64,000 nt of DNA from Candidatus Danuiimicrobium aquiferis. GTDB taxonomy: Bacteria; Omnitrophota; Omnitrophia; Omnitrophales; Danuiimicrobiaceae. The notes beneath the pieces were generated by a model, which was given only the letters and a program-made list of their open reading frames with translations, was not told where the DNA came from and did not search any database. The position numbers were made by a program, and so were the translations under genes. Positions 21,801-36,800 of the stretch are shown in pieces (within the stretch, counting starts at the first letter, position 1; every line of letters begins with the position of its first letter). The stretch covers positions 2,740-66,739 of the forward strand of contig MHFR01000008.1 in NCBI GenBank assembly GCA_001804285.1. The letters are read 5' to 3'.

Positions 21801-24800
21801 ACGTCATCGCCCAGCGCTCCGTCCAGTCTTCCTCTGAGAGCCGCGTAACGCGCCATTTCTTCAAGAATTTTCAGAAAATCAGTCCGGCGCAATTGAGTGT
21901 CTTGACTTCCAAACCCACGCAGGGCTTTTGTAAATCCGGCGCGCGAAAGCGGAAAATAAAAGTTGGCGACATTTCCCATTTGGTAAGATTCATAATAAAG
22001 AACCGTCACCGGACCTGCGCGGGCATCCGCATACGATTGAATAAACTTCTGCACCCACGTATCGTTATGAAATCCGTCATACGGAGCCAGAATCAAATCC
22101 GGCTGAAAATTGCCAAACACTTCACCTGGCGTTTGTTTTAAATCAAAAGCAAACTTGCGGACTTTATTTTTCAATTCGGACGATTGAATGGCTTTGACAA
22201 ATTTCCCGGCCGTATGCGCCGAGCCGCCCGGTTCCAATTCAAGGAGAGCAATATTCAGATTGTGCGGCAACGGAAATTGCTGGACCCTAACGTCAATTTT
22301 CTTATTTGTTAAAATCACTCCTCCCTTCACCTCGTCAATCTTCCAATCAACGTTCTGTATTTCAGCACTACGGATTTCGGCCCTTGGCGAAACACTTTGT
22401 ACACGCCAAGGACTCTCGTTCGTTTCGATTGATGACTGATTGGAACTATCTTTATTGTTACGAACTTCGGAGCGATGCCTCAATGCATCTCCCTCAGCCA
22501 AAGGCTGATCCGCCTCTGGCGGAGAAGCAGTCCCGCGCAGTTCAGCGCGGCGCAGCTCTGCGCGGTTATGATCGCGACTTCCGCTCCCGGTATCCCGTCC
22601 CGGATAGCCGGGCTCTTGATTTTCTGTGGTTTCTGGCCCTGTCGTGCCGGGTGCCCCGGTAGTAGCTTTTTTAAGCAGCTGTCGCAATACTGAAACGGTA
22701 CTCCCGTCGCGGGGAACCAATCGGAGGGCTTCTCTCGCCTGTTGATCCATAATCCGGTCATATGCCTGCTGGGTTTTCCGCATCGTCTGGAAACCTTGGA
22801 AGTTGATGAGAGGCCTAAGCGCTGGAAGCACAAGCGCCATTCCAAAAGATGTCACGAACCATGGGAGAGAAAAAAGCAGCATTAATAGGAAACTGAGAAT
22901 CGGAATAACAATCAGAGCTGAACCCAAAAACACTTCCATTCTTAAGCTCTGCAAATACTCCCGTTTCGCATCATATCTGTTTTCTATTGCTTTTCCGATT
23001 TCATCCCCGGCAAGAAGTTCGCCGGCCTGGTCGCGACGCGCCGGATCGGAATGGACTTGAAGAACGACTTGCAAATACGCGAGTAAACTTTCCCATTCGT
23101 TCATTAAAAAGAGACGGTGGAACACATGATCAAAACCATGAGAGAAAATACTCGCAACAAAAAAGAAATATGCCGCAATCATCGACCAGAAGCCAAAAGC
23201 CACGAACGTATTTAGCGCCGGCATTAAAGGCATAATCGACCGGAACATATAATACATTCCATAAAATAGCACTCCCGTCCCAAACGCCCATTGGGTCAAT
23301 TTGGGGCTATAGGTCCGGAACCAATTGGCAATTCCCGTGAATTCATGCTCAAACCGCAAAGGCGCGCCATAATGAAAAGGGTCGGTTTCCCGCTGCGCTA
23401 AAATGTGTGACAACACATCCGGCGGCCATCCTAATTTGCCCAAACGCTCAATTTTGGTCCGCAAGGTTTTTGCATCGTCATCCTTCTTCAACCTATCGAG
23501 GACCGGCGCTTCTTCAACGATTTTTCGAACCTGAGCGGTCTTGTCTGCTTCACTGCCGGCGGATTGTATTAAATGGACTGCCCATTCACGCCACAAGATC
23601 TGACGCGCCCACAAATAGATGCCCCTCGTGGGAACAAGATCGTCCAGGTCATAACCCATCGACCGGGAATCAAATCTGACGCGGGCTTCCAGCGAAGAGC
23701 CATCGATGTCCATTGAATCGATAGGCGTCATGAGCAAGTTCTGAAGCTCCATCAAACGCTCATTTCTGTTTGTTTCGATGGGCATCGTAAACAAAACCGG
23801 ATAGGGCCAGCCGGTTTTCATTCTGGTCAAAGTTGTCGCGTGCTCAAGGCCCTGCTCGGTTGCGAGTTGCAATCCGGAGATCATCTTTAAGATCATATCT
23901 TTATGTTGGGCAAATAATTGTCTGAGCGGCGCAAGCGATGGCGAATGGTCCAAATCCGCATCGCCGGCTTCATCCCACTGAAGCGCCTCCAAAACATATT
24001 TTCTGGTTTCCGGCTCTGTCAACTCAGGGAAAATCGCGAGAAACATAACTGCAACTGCAATTTTTAAAATGTTCTTCCTTCCGCCTTCGGAATTCTTTTC
24101 GATTGCCTGAAAAGCAGCCGCCACTTGTCTATCAATCGTCTCGAGAAATATTTTATTCAAAGCGCTGCGATCATTCCTCACATGAAAAGCCATGAGCAGA
24201 AGATGAAAATAGACGTATGCATTCCTGATCTGCGGTGGAAGTTGATGCAATCCGTCGAGCATCTTCCGCCGAATGTCAGCATGCTCGTCTGAAGGCGCAA
24301 GCGCACTTACGAATAACAGAGGAAGAGATATCATGCTTTTTTCGGCCGCCGGATGATAAATCGAAAGGATGTCGTTCAGCTGATCGATTGCGTCTTGAGA
24401 AACCACATCCTGAACGAGCAAGTAATGCGCCGCTGCGAACAAAACTCCCATCGGATCATGTTCGGATAAGCCATACAGCTCAAACTGCTTCCGGAAAAGT
24501 TCGCGGTGTTGTTCGTCTAATCGAGCGGTAATGCCTCGCATCAAGTCCCTATATTGGCCTTCTGCAACCGTCTTTCCAGAGCCTGTCTTCATCACGGACT
24601 TCAGCTGTCTCAACTGTGAAACAATATCAAATGACTGTTCACTCCGCGCTTCGGAGCGGCCGTGAACCTCTGGCAATACAAGGCGAGGCATTTCGTCTGA
24701 CGTAAATACAGCAAATCCGCTTTCTTTCCCCGCCGGCGGCCGGATAGATCCTATAGATGGAAATGGCCGTAAAAATTTATCTTTCACGAGTTCTCTGGCG

Positions 24801-27800
24801 TGAAGAGATGGAATAAATCCAGTACTTAAGGGTACCGCTTGACTTTCTCTGTGTTGCAATAAGAGCGTCTCAATTAATTTCCCGGAGAGGTCATAAACCA
24901 AAAAGGCAAATCCAACATCACCGACCCGGACATCGTGACCTGCCATCGTCCGCGCGTCAACATGTTCTGGAATAATCCGGGCAATCATGAGCGTTTCGCC
25001 GATAAAATTCCGGCCAACCGGAATGTATTCTGAATCCAACCGGACATAGCCATTCTGGTTCACTCGATTTCTCGGCACCTGAACGATTGGAAGCCATGAA
25101 TCATTCCCTGCCTTCCAGCTCTTGCCCTCGAGTGCACTTTGATAGGGATCATTTCCATCTCCTTTCACCATCCGGGTAAAAAACTCTACCACCCAAACAA
25201 TTGGTGCCAGTAAAGAAATCAAAAGGATCAGATGAAGATTCTGGGAGAACGAAACAGCCCGGGCCATAAATGGCCGCTTCTTGTAGAATTTGAGTTCGGG
25301 CTTTAAGAATTGTTTTATTGCTTCTCGGTTTCCCTCTCTCGTCCTTCCCGGTACCGGCTGGAAAATACGAAAAGCCTCCGATTTAGCCGGCAGAAAATGC
25401 TCATCCGTTCTTTCGTAGGATGGATCCATGTCATACTCGCGCTGGGCGACAGCGAGCAACCGGCTGTAATCAAAGGCCCCCTCACGATCGGATGGAAACA
25501 CATACCAGCGCTCCACATTATCCGCGTTGGTGCGGTCATATACGATATAGACATCGTCCAGCCCGGCAACGCCCGTCGCCAGATCAATCCATCGAATCCT
25601 TTTATTTTTCCTAAGCTCACCAAAAGAATAACTTGCTTCGTTCGAACCCGGCATTGCCGCCGATAAAGGAAACATCCAAATCAACGGAACCGATTTGTCA
25701 GCCTTCGTAACGGGAACTTTATAATAAAAATGATCCGCATTTCCATCAATCACGCCTCGCTTGAGCGAAATAAGTTTAATCTCCAAGTCATCCGGCCTGC
25801 GCTCAGAGGATGCGCCCGCACGACTAGTCCGCGCCTCGGCCCTGCGGATGTCATTGCGAGCCAAAGGCGAAGTTCGCCAAAAGGCTCGGCGGAATCCGTC
25901 AGGACGAATCTCGCCGGATTTATGGCGGACAATCCCAGAACTTTGGATTGCCGCGGCACCTCCTTGTACGTCACCTCGCAATGACTTGCCTTTTATGTTA
26001 CGAACTTCGGAGCGGCGGTAAGGCGGGGTTTCTTTAAAGTACACATCTTCCCACAGCCCATGCAATCGTTCCTTTAATCGATCAATACTTGCCTCGACCG
26101 CTTCCGGCAATTCCAGAGCTCTTTCTTCCACTTCCGCTGCGTTTTGCCATCGTTCCAGGTAATCCGCAATGGCAGAGATGAAATGCACACCGAAGTACTC
26201 CACAATGCTCCGTTCTCTCAAAATGTTTTCTTTATTAGGCGCAATCTTCCGCGGCTCCAGGTTTTCAATGACCCGCCTCGCGGTACTTAGAAAAACAAGA
26301 GCCTTGGGTTTCATTGCAATCAGACTGTCTGTTGAGGCTGCGCGCCGCATGTCGGCCACAAGTAATCTTAAATATTTGCCCGGATCTCCGAATTTTCCCC
26401 ACTGGATACGGTGCTCTGCGAGCAATTTCCCGCTTGATCGCGCAAAACCTTGATTCCTCAGTAATGGCTCCAGCATCAAACTTAAGCTTTGCACGTTTGC
26501 AAACGTTATCTCGTCCAATTGATCTACCCACTCAAATCTTCGCGCTAATTCTTTTTCTTCTGCAACGGCGCGACCGCTTTCCTCATCGTTAAAACCACTA
26601 AACCGGCGGTCGTAAGGACTTGGAATCCCTATCCCTTCATGCAGATGAGCCGGTGTCCGGACTGGCACCTTTTCACCGGACTTTGGCACGTGGGCTTTTT
26701 CTCTTTTTCTGCGCTTTATGCGTTTTTCGCCCTTCGCAACCATTTCAAAACGAGCCCGTCGTCCGGAAACTCTCGTTCGCAACATTTGCACAGCCTTTCC
26801 ATAAATATCCGCGAGATCTTCGGGGACATCTTCCTCCTTTTCCTCCAATTGAGGAACAATAATGGCATCCAAATAACTTTGCACCTCCGCCAGCGGACAG
26901 TTTAAGGCCCGGAAACCTTCCTCAATTTGCTCATGCAAATCTTCCGGCATCCCTTGACTCAGCATTTCCGTTAATACCCGTTCTTGTTCATAGGTCAAAT
27001 ACGTCACACCAATTTGCTGCTCAATTCTCGTTTCTAAATCGGAAACTTCAGTCAGATACATTGCCACTTCTGCCGCCCGCTTCATCTCTTCGGTCGTACC
27101 AATTTGTTGTTCGATCGCCTGTTTAACAACTTCGCGTATCATGGTCGTCCGCAGAAGATCTGCGAAATCCTTTTCGGTTGGCACATGTTCGGCAAGCGTC
27201 CGCCTCAAACCCTGCATGGCTGCACCCATTAAAATCGCCGCGGGCTGACGGGGCTTCGAACTGGGGGGAAACGCTAAACTGCGTATAAAAATATCCGAAA
27301 CTTTAAGCACCAGCGACAAATACTCATCGACAAATTCCTCCGGCATGTAATACCGCATCAATTCGGGATGCTGAGGAAGAATCTCTCTCCGCTTAAACCC
27401 GCCTCGTCGTAGCTTCAGTTTCGGATGATTAAAAACGCTCATCAAAATTTTGACATAGCTTCTCCCGAATAGATACGCAGTCGGCCCTCTGATCGCACCG
27501 TCCATCCCTAAGATTGAAAAATCAACCGATCTCATCCGGTAAATGTTGCTTCGCAAATTCTCAATCTGTTTTTCTGTCAGGCTGTCAATATCGGCGTACC
27601 GCGCCATTAACCGCGGACGTTTTCGTGTCAGTTGAAATCGGACGGATTCAAGAATCTGTTTTTCGGCAGTTTTCCCTTCAGAAGCCGTCCAAACGAGGCC
27701 AAATCCCAAACGGGTTAACTTCAATTTCGGAAAAGCGGCAATCAGAGTGTCTATGTAACTCCCGTTAAAATGGGGAACCACTTCCTTGCTTAAGACGGCT

Positions 27801-30800
27801 CTTCTCTCCCAAAGCTCAAAATGGCCATGTTGTAATTTATAAATCTCCTCGCTTAAACTTTCGATCTGTTCCGGTGTGGGAGAGTCTCCAAGCTCTAAAT
27901 ACTTTTTCCAAAGATGAGGTGCGTGGCGGGCAATCGCCTGCTGAACGGATTTAACCGAACTTTCGTACGTTGACCAATCCGGTTCAAATCCTAAAGGACT
28001 CAGGTTTAATTTCGGGAAAAGGTTAATCAGCACTTCCGCGAAACCGCCTTTAAACCATTGATTGGTCCCGTAAACAAGCCCCATTGCATTCCAGAGATCC
28101 CGATTGATGTCATAAACTTCGTTTTTTAACAACTCGACACTTTCGGGAATTAATTGGTCGATCTGATCATAACGATCCATTACGCTTGTCATGTCTTTTC
28201 TCAAGCGATAACGGATGGTTTCCAAAGTACCTTCCTTAGATGACCAATCGGGCTGGAATTCGAGCGGATTGAGATGTAATTGTTTGAAAAGAGCCTCAAG
28301 CGCCAACGCATACCGGCCCTCGTACCAGCGATTCGTCCCATGCGACAATCCCCAATAATCCCAAAGATGTGAATTAATTTCATAAATTTCCCGTTTCAAA
28401 GTTGCGATTCTCTCCGGCGAAAGCCGCTTGAAATTGTCGTAGTCCCTAATTAAATGCGGCTCCTTTTTCGCAATAACATAACGAAACGATTTTAGCGTCC
28501 TCGCTTTCGTCGACATATCCAGCTCAAATTCCAAAGGATTGAGTTTCAGTTTCGGAAAAGCAAGGAATAGCGCGTTAACGTAACTTCCCTCAAACCAGGG
28601 AACCGTCTCACGGTTCCCAATGCCCTCAAGCCCCAATAAAAGGAAGTGAGCATTCCTGATTTTGTAAAACTTTCTCCTGAGTATCTCCACGGCATCCGTC
28701 GAAAGCTGATCGATATTTTCATAATCGCGAAGCAACTTAGGATGATGGCGGCGAAACGCATCGACCACATTGGCAATGGCCAAATCCCGGTTTGGTTTCC
28801 TTTCTTCCAAGGGGTGATACGGCGGCTTCAGATGCTCTTTTTTATAACGATCACGGTCTGCCTGATTCAAATTCAAGCGCGGATGGTCAAAAAGAAGCCG
28901 GGCTGCCGGGAAAGCATGCCCGCCCGAATAGTCCTGAGTCAGAGCTCCCTGAAGTCCCCACGCTACAAAATGCCGATTCGTCAGTGCATAAATACGATTC
29001 CTCAATTCTTCAATCTCCGCCTCACCCAATTTTTCAATTCTGTCGAAAAGAGCGATTAATTGAGGAGCTTCTTTTTTCAGAGCGTAATAGAGCGAAACGC
29101 GAGCGTTCTTTTCATCAGACCAATCCAATAAGAATCCGAGCGGGTTGAGATTGAGTTTGGGAAACACGGCTTGAAGGGCTTTGACGGGATCCCCGTCAAA
29201 CCACCGCTTCGTTCCGGTCATCAGCTTCCAAACCTCCCAAATTTTTCCCGTCAACCGGTAAATGTCTTCGCTCAAATTCTCTATTTCGGCCGGACTCAAA
29301 CGGTCGATGCGTTCATATGTCCGCATCCAATGCGGTTTCTCCCGCCAAAGCACCTGTCGCATCGATTCAAGCGTTGCTTCTCTGGACGATATATCCAATC
29401 CCGATTTGCTACGCACCGCGGCTGACTCGAATTCCTTTTTTGTAAGCTTGATTTGGGGAAACAACTCGCGCAAAGCCACGGTATGGTCGCTGCCAAACCA
29501 GCGGTCGGATCCTTCCGCAAGTCCCCACAATTGCCAAACTCGCGGTTTGATTTCATAAATCTCTTGTGCCAACGCCTCGCGTTCGGCGGCACCCAATTGG
29601 TCCCAACGGCTGTAAGTTTCGATCAGATGAGGTTTCTCCACCATGATCTGGTACCGAAAAGATTCCAGCGCCATTTCCTTCGTTGAAAAATCTAAACCAA
29701 AACCGAGCGGGTTAAGCTTGAGTTTCGGGAAAATATCTGTCAACGCCTTTACAAAACTCCCCTCATAAAAGGGAACCAATTCCCGGTTTTCGACAAAACC
29801 AATGCCCCACAAAGTGAAATGCACTTTTCTTAACCGGTAGAATTTATTTCTTAACAAAGTCGCTTCAGCGGGCGAGAGGCGATCAATCTTTTCATAATCC
29901 TCAAGCAAATCAGGGCGGAATTCCTTCATCGCTTCAATAACAGCACCGGTCACAGCCTCTCGGCTTGGCGGCTCCGCTTTAGACCATTCATACTCCCCCA
30001 ACGGATGCTCTTTTCTGTATCTCTCATAACCTTCCCGAGTCAGCTTCAATCTGGGATCACCAAAGAAAAATTTTAAGGATAGGAACGTACTCCCTTTGAT
30101 ATAGTCCCGATGCAAAATACCGGAGGAGCCCCATAATTCGATGTGCCCCCTCGTAATGGCGTAAATTCGATCACGCAAATCGCCGATCTGATCCTCTCCG
30201 AGCTTATCGATTCGGTCATAATCCCGAATGATATCCGGAATTTCCCGTTCAAAAACAAAACGCATAGACCTCGTTGCCTCTTCGCGGGTATCCCACGTCA
30301 GGCCAAACTCCAGAGGATTAAATTCCAATTTTGAAAAAAACGCGATCAAGGCTTGAATATGACTTCTATCGAACCACCGGTCAATCCCGCCGCCCAATCC
30401 CCAAATTCTGAGGAGAGCGCTTTCCAGTTCACAAATTCGCTCCCGCAAGTCTTGTTTCTGTCCCTCTTTTAAATTTACAATGTTGTCATAATCTTTCATT
30501 AGCTCGGGCATTTCACGCTCAAACACATAGCGAAAGTATTCAAACGTCTTCGCCTTTGTACTGATATCCGATTCAAAATCATAAGGGCCGAATTTAATCT
30601 TCGGAAATAATTTGATCAACGGATCAAAGTACCGCTTAAAATGAAACGGCCGGTGAGCATCTGAAATCGCTCCCAAACCCCACGACTTCATGTGCTTATG
30701 CATAATTTGCGTAATGTCGTGCCTTAACTCTTCTTTTCCTTCCGCGGTTAATGCCTCGTAATGTTCATAGCGATGGATGATGGACGGCCGTTTGACGGAT

Positions 30801-33800
30801 AAGATAAAATGTAAGGACGCTAATGCCTGCTTTTCGTTCGACAAATCTAAACCGAACCCCAATGGATTCAAGTCGATATCGTCAAACACCGCCATGAGCG
30901 CGACGGCCGGATCCATGTTGAAATACTTCTTCCGCCGCGGAAGAAGCGCATTCGCCAAACCCAAAACTTTGAAATGGCCAACTCCCGCTGTCCCTTTGCC
31001 GATTTTGTAAATCTCCTGCCTGACCGCTTCTCGTTCCGCTTCCGAAAGCTGTTTCCTCCGCTGATATTGCTTCATTAAAAGCGGAAACTCACGTTCAAGC
31101 CGGTGCCGAATCGACCGGCTCGCCTTGGTACGCGTTGTCCAATCTGGTTTGAAGCCATACGGGCTGAGGTGCAATTTCGGAAACGCCGTTATTAATGCTT
31201 TCTTATAATTTCCTTCAAGTGCCGGAACAGCTTTGCGTTGAACAAATGAGGTCAGCGGGGGTTTTCTGAAATAGTCTGAGCTAATGTCATAAATTTCATT
31301 TTTAAGACTCGCTATTGCTTCCTCATTCTCCAGTTGATCAAGGCGCTCATACCGTTCGACCATATCGGGAAATACCTGAGACAATGCGAAGCGGAGAGAT
31401 TCTTCAAGTTGATTTTCCAAATCCAAATGAAAACCAAGCGGATTCAGCTTCAGGTCGGAGAAAACAGCCATTAACACCTTTGCGTACTTGCCGTCAAAAT
31501 AAGAAACGGTGTTCTTATTGAGAACACCCGCAAGCCCCCAAACGCCAAAATGTTCGCTGTTAATTTTATAAATGTCGTCTTTTAATTCCCTCAGCTCATC
31601 TTCGGTTAATTCTCCGCGACGGTCATACCGTTCCATGATCGTTGGAATTTTTCGCCGCAATCTAAACTGGATTGCTTCCATCGTTTCTTCATACGATAAA
31701 TTAGGGCCAAAACCGACCGCATAGAAACCGAGCGGATTAAGTTTTAGATCGGGAAACGCCGCGACCAGCGCACTCTTGTGGGAACCTTCAAAGTACGGTG
31801 CTTTATCGACCAGGAGGGCTTGCTGCATCCCGGGCCAGCTTTCGAATTCCTGGCGCTGGATTTCGTAAATGTCATCTTCCAAAATCATCCTTTGATACGG
31901 TGTCAGTAGATTCAGTTTTTTGTAACGTTTCATAATATCCGGTCTCACCCGTTCAATGGCATGCTGGACATTCTTAATTCCCTGCGCCATTGTCGTTCCC
32001 AACCACTGATACGGTTGAGTCTGTCCACCTTTTGTCCTTTTATATTTTTCCCCCCGCACCTCGGAGCGATGCCTCAATGCATCGCCCGAAGCAGTCTCGG
32101 ATTTAACCGAAATCCGAGGCAGCTCGGCCCTCGATACACGCCTTTTGAAACGTATCGAGGACTCTCGTGCGCTTTCTATTGATAAACGCTTTAAACTATC
32201 TTCATCGTTGCGCACCTCGGAGCGGGCCGGACGTTTGGATTTTTTATCCGCAGCCGTTTTTTCGGCTTGTCTCACCCGAACGGCACGGCGGCGATGGAAT
32301 TCCAAAGCCACCGTCAAACCTGCAAAGGTAGCCACCCCAAAACCGACACCTGTCACAATCCGGCCCCACGAACGCCCGCATTTTTTTTCAGGCGGAGCAA
32401 TTCGTTCAAATTCGCCCCTCACCCAATCCGGTTGGCTTTCCAAATGATCACCGACCAAAGTTTCCAAAATTTCCGCGTTTGGTTTGCGCCGTTCTTCATC
32501 CGCTGTGTAATTGGGTGAGTTGGCAATATCAACCGCTTTGATTTGATTCCCAAATCGATCGGAAAACTTACCGATCTGCCCGATCAGTTGCGCATGCCGC
32601 GCCTCTTCTTGTGGCGATCGGTTAACAAGATAATGCGGCTGATTTCCTGTCGGCACATGAAGATTATTGGGTTCTACTGTGCCGGCAAAATCAGCATCCG
32701 CTGTGAGATAAATCTGCGCATCGCCAATCACTTTTGCAATGGCATCCAAATTGTCCGGATCCAAAATGTGGAGTGTGACCTTTCTTATATCCGCAAGCTC
32801 AATGGTATCGAGTTCCGATCCCGTAGGAGGGTTCTTATCCGGATTGGGTTTTATCAAAATTTTACCTTGTGCGGAACGTCCGATCTCTACGTAATAGTCT
32901 CTGTAAGAATAACGATACTTTTTGCTCGCCGTTATGAATGCCTCTTTTGGGACAACCCAGGCAATTTCTATCGGCTGATTTCCATCATCAAGAGTTCCGT
33001 GAGCAATAAGTAACCGTAGCCATTCGCCTTCGTCGATGTTGCTTGCCGTAACAATATCCAATTCGTCATTGTCCTTAACTCTTTCCAAACGCTCCTCAAT
33101 CCCGGCCATTTCCGTTCTTGGTGCATCCAGATTCGCCATATCATTATGAGCGTCCCAGGTGACCACTATTTTTTTCCGGCCCGGCTGAAAGATTTTTGGA
33201 TTTTTAAAATCTCTGGCCATATGCGCAAAACTCATATTATGCCCTTGGGCATACCGAATGGGAGCACCTGCTTTCGTTCTGGCCGGTTGCTGAAACAATT
33301 GATTATGAATTTCAAGTTCTTTGAAGATGGGGGCCGCTTGCACCTGCCATCTTAAATATTGACTCATTTCCGAATTCAGATCGACATGCGGCCCAGGCGT
33401 CCCGAACGGCTGAAACCAGGTTTGAAATTTTCCGTACATATACCACACCAACAATTCATTTCTCCACGCACCTTGCTCATCGCGAATGAAAGTTACTGAT
33501 TTGTGCATTTGCTTGAAAACGGTAAAATAGGTTTTAAGAAACTCGTTTTTTGAAACCGCTGGTTCCAAAGCCTGGTGCAAATCTGTTTCATATAAAAACT
33601 TGACCGCCCCATACCAGTCACTCATATCAAGCGCGTGAACAAAATTCTTCCAATGGATGTACTCGCTATGGCCCTCTCCGATTTGAACGCCCCCGGCACG
33701 AACCAACGATTCAATAAATTGGCCAATCGGTTTTCTTTCTTGGCGCATCCGCTCTCCGTAAGATTTGTGCTCTTCAGTAAGCTCCTCCGCGCTTTTCAAC

Positions 33801-36800
33801 ATATGTTCCTTCCCCCGCATGAACGAAAAGTACACGATGGGAGAAAAAATCATTGCTGCCGCGGCGGCCAGCGCACCAAGTAATCCTCTGCGAGAAATTC
33901 CTGTTTTAAACGAATAGGCGATTGCTTCCTGCTCTTCACGCTTCAATCCTTTTATGCTTGTCCCCTGCAAAGCCATTTCGAATTGTTGCCGAGTTTTGAA
34001 AGGACGCTTCGCGAGAATCCACTGAGCCAATCGATCTTTCACTGATTGATCCAACAAATTTAATTGAGGGATGGCATCCACGTACCGCCGAAGCAGTTCC
34101 GGCTTCATTAGATTCACATTCGGTTTTTTAACTCGCCCAGTGCCTTCTGAAACTTGCTTTTCTTCCCCTTGCCGAACTTCGGACATCGCAACGGTTGGTT
34201 GCGAAAAAGTTGTCGCCTCAGCCAAAGGCTGATCCGCCCCTGGCGGAGAAGCAGTCCTTAACTCCGCTCGAGGTAAGGGCACTTCGGCCCTGGCAGCGGC
34301 AGTCTTTTGCTCGCGCCACAACTGCCAGGACACTTCGGCCCTTGGCAAAACACTTTGCCCACGCCAAGAACTCTCGTCCGTCGCAATTGATAACTGGTTG
34401 GAACTACCTTTATGGTTACGTACTTCGGAGCGGAAGAAGCGGTTGCTCCATGTCTGCGTTCGAGCCTCCTTGGGCTGTGTCATCCACTGCCAGGTCCTAC
34501 GAATTCCTTCCGCCGGCGTTACAAAATCATTTGGATCGAGACCAAGAATTGCCTTCATACGTCTCGTATCCATAAGCAAGCGAGGAATTTCTTTTGATGC
34601 AGTATCGAGGATGAGCGCGGCATCAGAACCCGAAGCATCAATAATCGCCTGCGCAACTTCTTTGTCCGAATAGCGCCTTCGCGCGCCGACATTGATTACT
34701 CTCTGATCTCTCAACTGATCCAAAGACGAAACAGCTGCGCGTACAAATGCACGTGCAACATCATCAACGTACGTTAGATTCTTTCTAACCGGTGAATATT
34801 TCAGCTCTGCCGCGCCATGGGCAACTTGATAAAGATACCGATGAACTAAACGGCGGTTCAAATCCGTTCTTGCGGAATCATAGGCTGGTCCGTAAACATT
34901 GCCAAGACGAAGCGAAACACCATTTTCATATTGATTAATGATTCTTTCGCAAATGCTCTTGGCGAGGGCATCCAACTTGGTTGCGTACTTTCCTGGCGGA
35001 GGGCGCGTGCTGAGAAAATCGCGTATTTCCTCCAATGTTTTCTTCTGATCCGCAGCAGAGGAAAGTCCAATAAAAAACTGAACCATTGTCTGAACCCAAG
35101 TTTCAAGTTTGGGTTCTAACTTTAATCCAGTTTCCTTAAGCAAACGTTTCCCTTTTAAATCCATAAGATCATACACGCGCATAGTGGAAGCAAAAACGAT
35201 ACGAGGCTTATGCGAGCTTTCCTGCGCTGTTTTGACAAAAATTGCCGCGGGGAGAACATTCCTATACATAAACTCGGAAATGTCCGCATCTTTCGCGCCC
35301 GCAGCGCCCCACATGGCCAAATGGAAAATGACGTCATTTTGATTCACCAACGCCCGCTGTAAATGAATGTCTGGGAGAGTCCCGACCTCAATTCCGGCCT
35401 TATCCTGATAATCAAAGCGATAGCCACTGAATGGTGCAAACTCTTCCTTTAACAGAACAGGCGTGGTTCGCTTCGCCATCGGCAATACCATATCCATCAA
35501 TACCGAACCAATGTTTCCTCCTGCGCCGGTGATCACAACTTTCTTATCGCGCAGCTCGGACATCGCAACGGTTGGTTGCGATGCCGAAGCAGTCCTTAAC
35601 TCCGCTCGAGTTAAGGGCACTTCGGCCCGTTTAAAACTTTCCATTGATAACTGGTTGGGACTACTTTTATTGAGGCGAACTTCGGCACGCATAACGGTTT
35701 CTCGTTTCAGTAGCCGCTGAACACCTTCGGCCAGCATAATAGATTTAATCAGCATACCGGCCGAAGAAATAACCGGGAACCCGTAACGCTCTGAAGCCAA
35801 CAGTATCCGATTGATTTTGGGAAACATACTTTCGCCACGGCGATGAAAACGCAAAATAGACGCTATCTCGGCTTTAAGACCAATCACGTCAGGATGAGAA
35901 GTCTCCGTGTCAACGGCATACCTTTCAACAAAAGCAAATATATCCCGAACGATATCGGTATAGGGTGTACGGATAATGAAACCATCCGCTTCTGCGGTAT
36001 AAACCATCCGGTCAACCATCAGGTAAGGCTGTTTATATTGCCATTTCGCTGGAGGATTCGACAATAAAGAAGTAATATCTGCTTTAAGTTTCTCTTCATT
36101 ATAATTTGAAGCGGTTTCTCCATGTTTCGTAAGCTCACCAACAATATCGTCAACCACTTCTGTTGTCTCTTTATTCTCGAGCTCCTTGAGAATCGCATTG
36201 ACCGCTTCATCAAAATCTTTGGTGCTGTCATAAGTTTCTCCCTGTAGCACCATCTTCACAAAATCTGATTTGAGGTCAAATGCTGTTTTGTCTGTTTGAG
36301 TGTCAGCCCATTGCACGAGGTTGATTAATCGCGAATTAAATTTCGGATTGGATGCGGATTTTTCAATTAAAAATTCAGAAAACTTATCACGCACTAACGC
36401 CTTTTGTTGATCATTAGAGGAATAGCGTCTGCTCCTCGATCGATACCAATCGGTTTGCCTATACTGGTCTATAAATTCTTTGAAAGCAGTCTCAATAAAA
36501 ACGATAAGCGCTTCATCGTCATCCGTCAACTGAGGCTTTTTAGTTTGAGCGTGAGATTCTCCTGCGGATTTCTGTATAAAATTCGGATCACGCTTATCAA
36601 CCCATGGGAAATAGAACCTAAATAAGAAAAATCGTAAAATCTTCACAACGAACGGAATCGACAGCAGGCAACCAACGAGCCACAAGCCAAAACGAGAAAG
36701 TGGCTTTTTCCCATGCTGGAGGATTCTGACGCCAACGCTCACCAAATCCCGCCTCAGACTACCCGATAAATATCCAACTTGCCCAAAGTCAAAAAGTGAA

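Noticed and set aside
27400-31800. The highly periodic DNA might be read as a CRISPR array or a satellite.
   Set aside because: The units are ~270 nt and diverged. They are in-frame and encode a conserved protein repeat inside the giant ORF. There are no short identical direct repeats with unique spacers and no cas genes nearby.
32350-33870. A possible arginase/ureohydrolase-like domain (…VVTWDAHNDMANLDA… / …HILDPDNLD…) in the giant protein.
   Set aside because: Only a weak resemblance to the DAHxD / DxDxxDP motifs exists, without the GGDHS motif. That is too thin to call.
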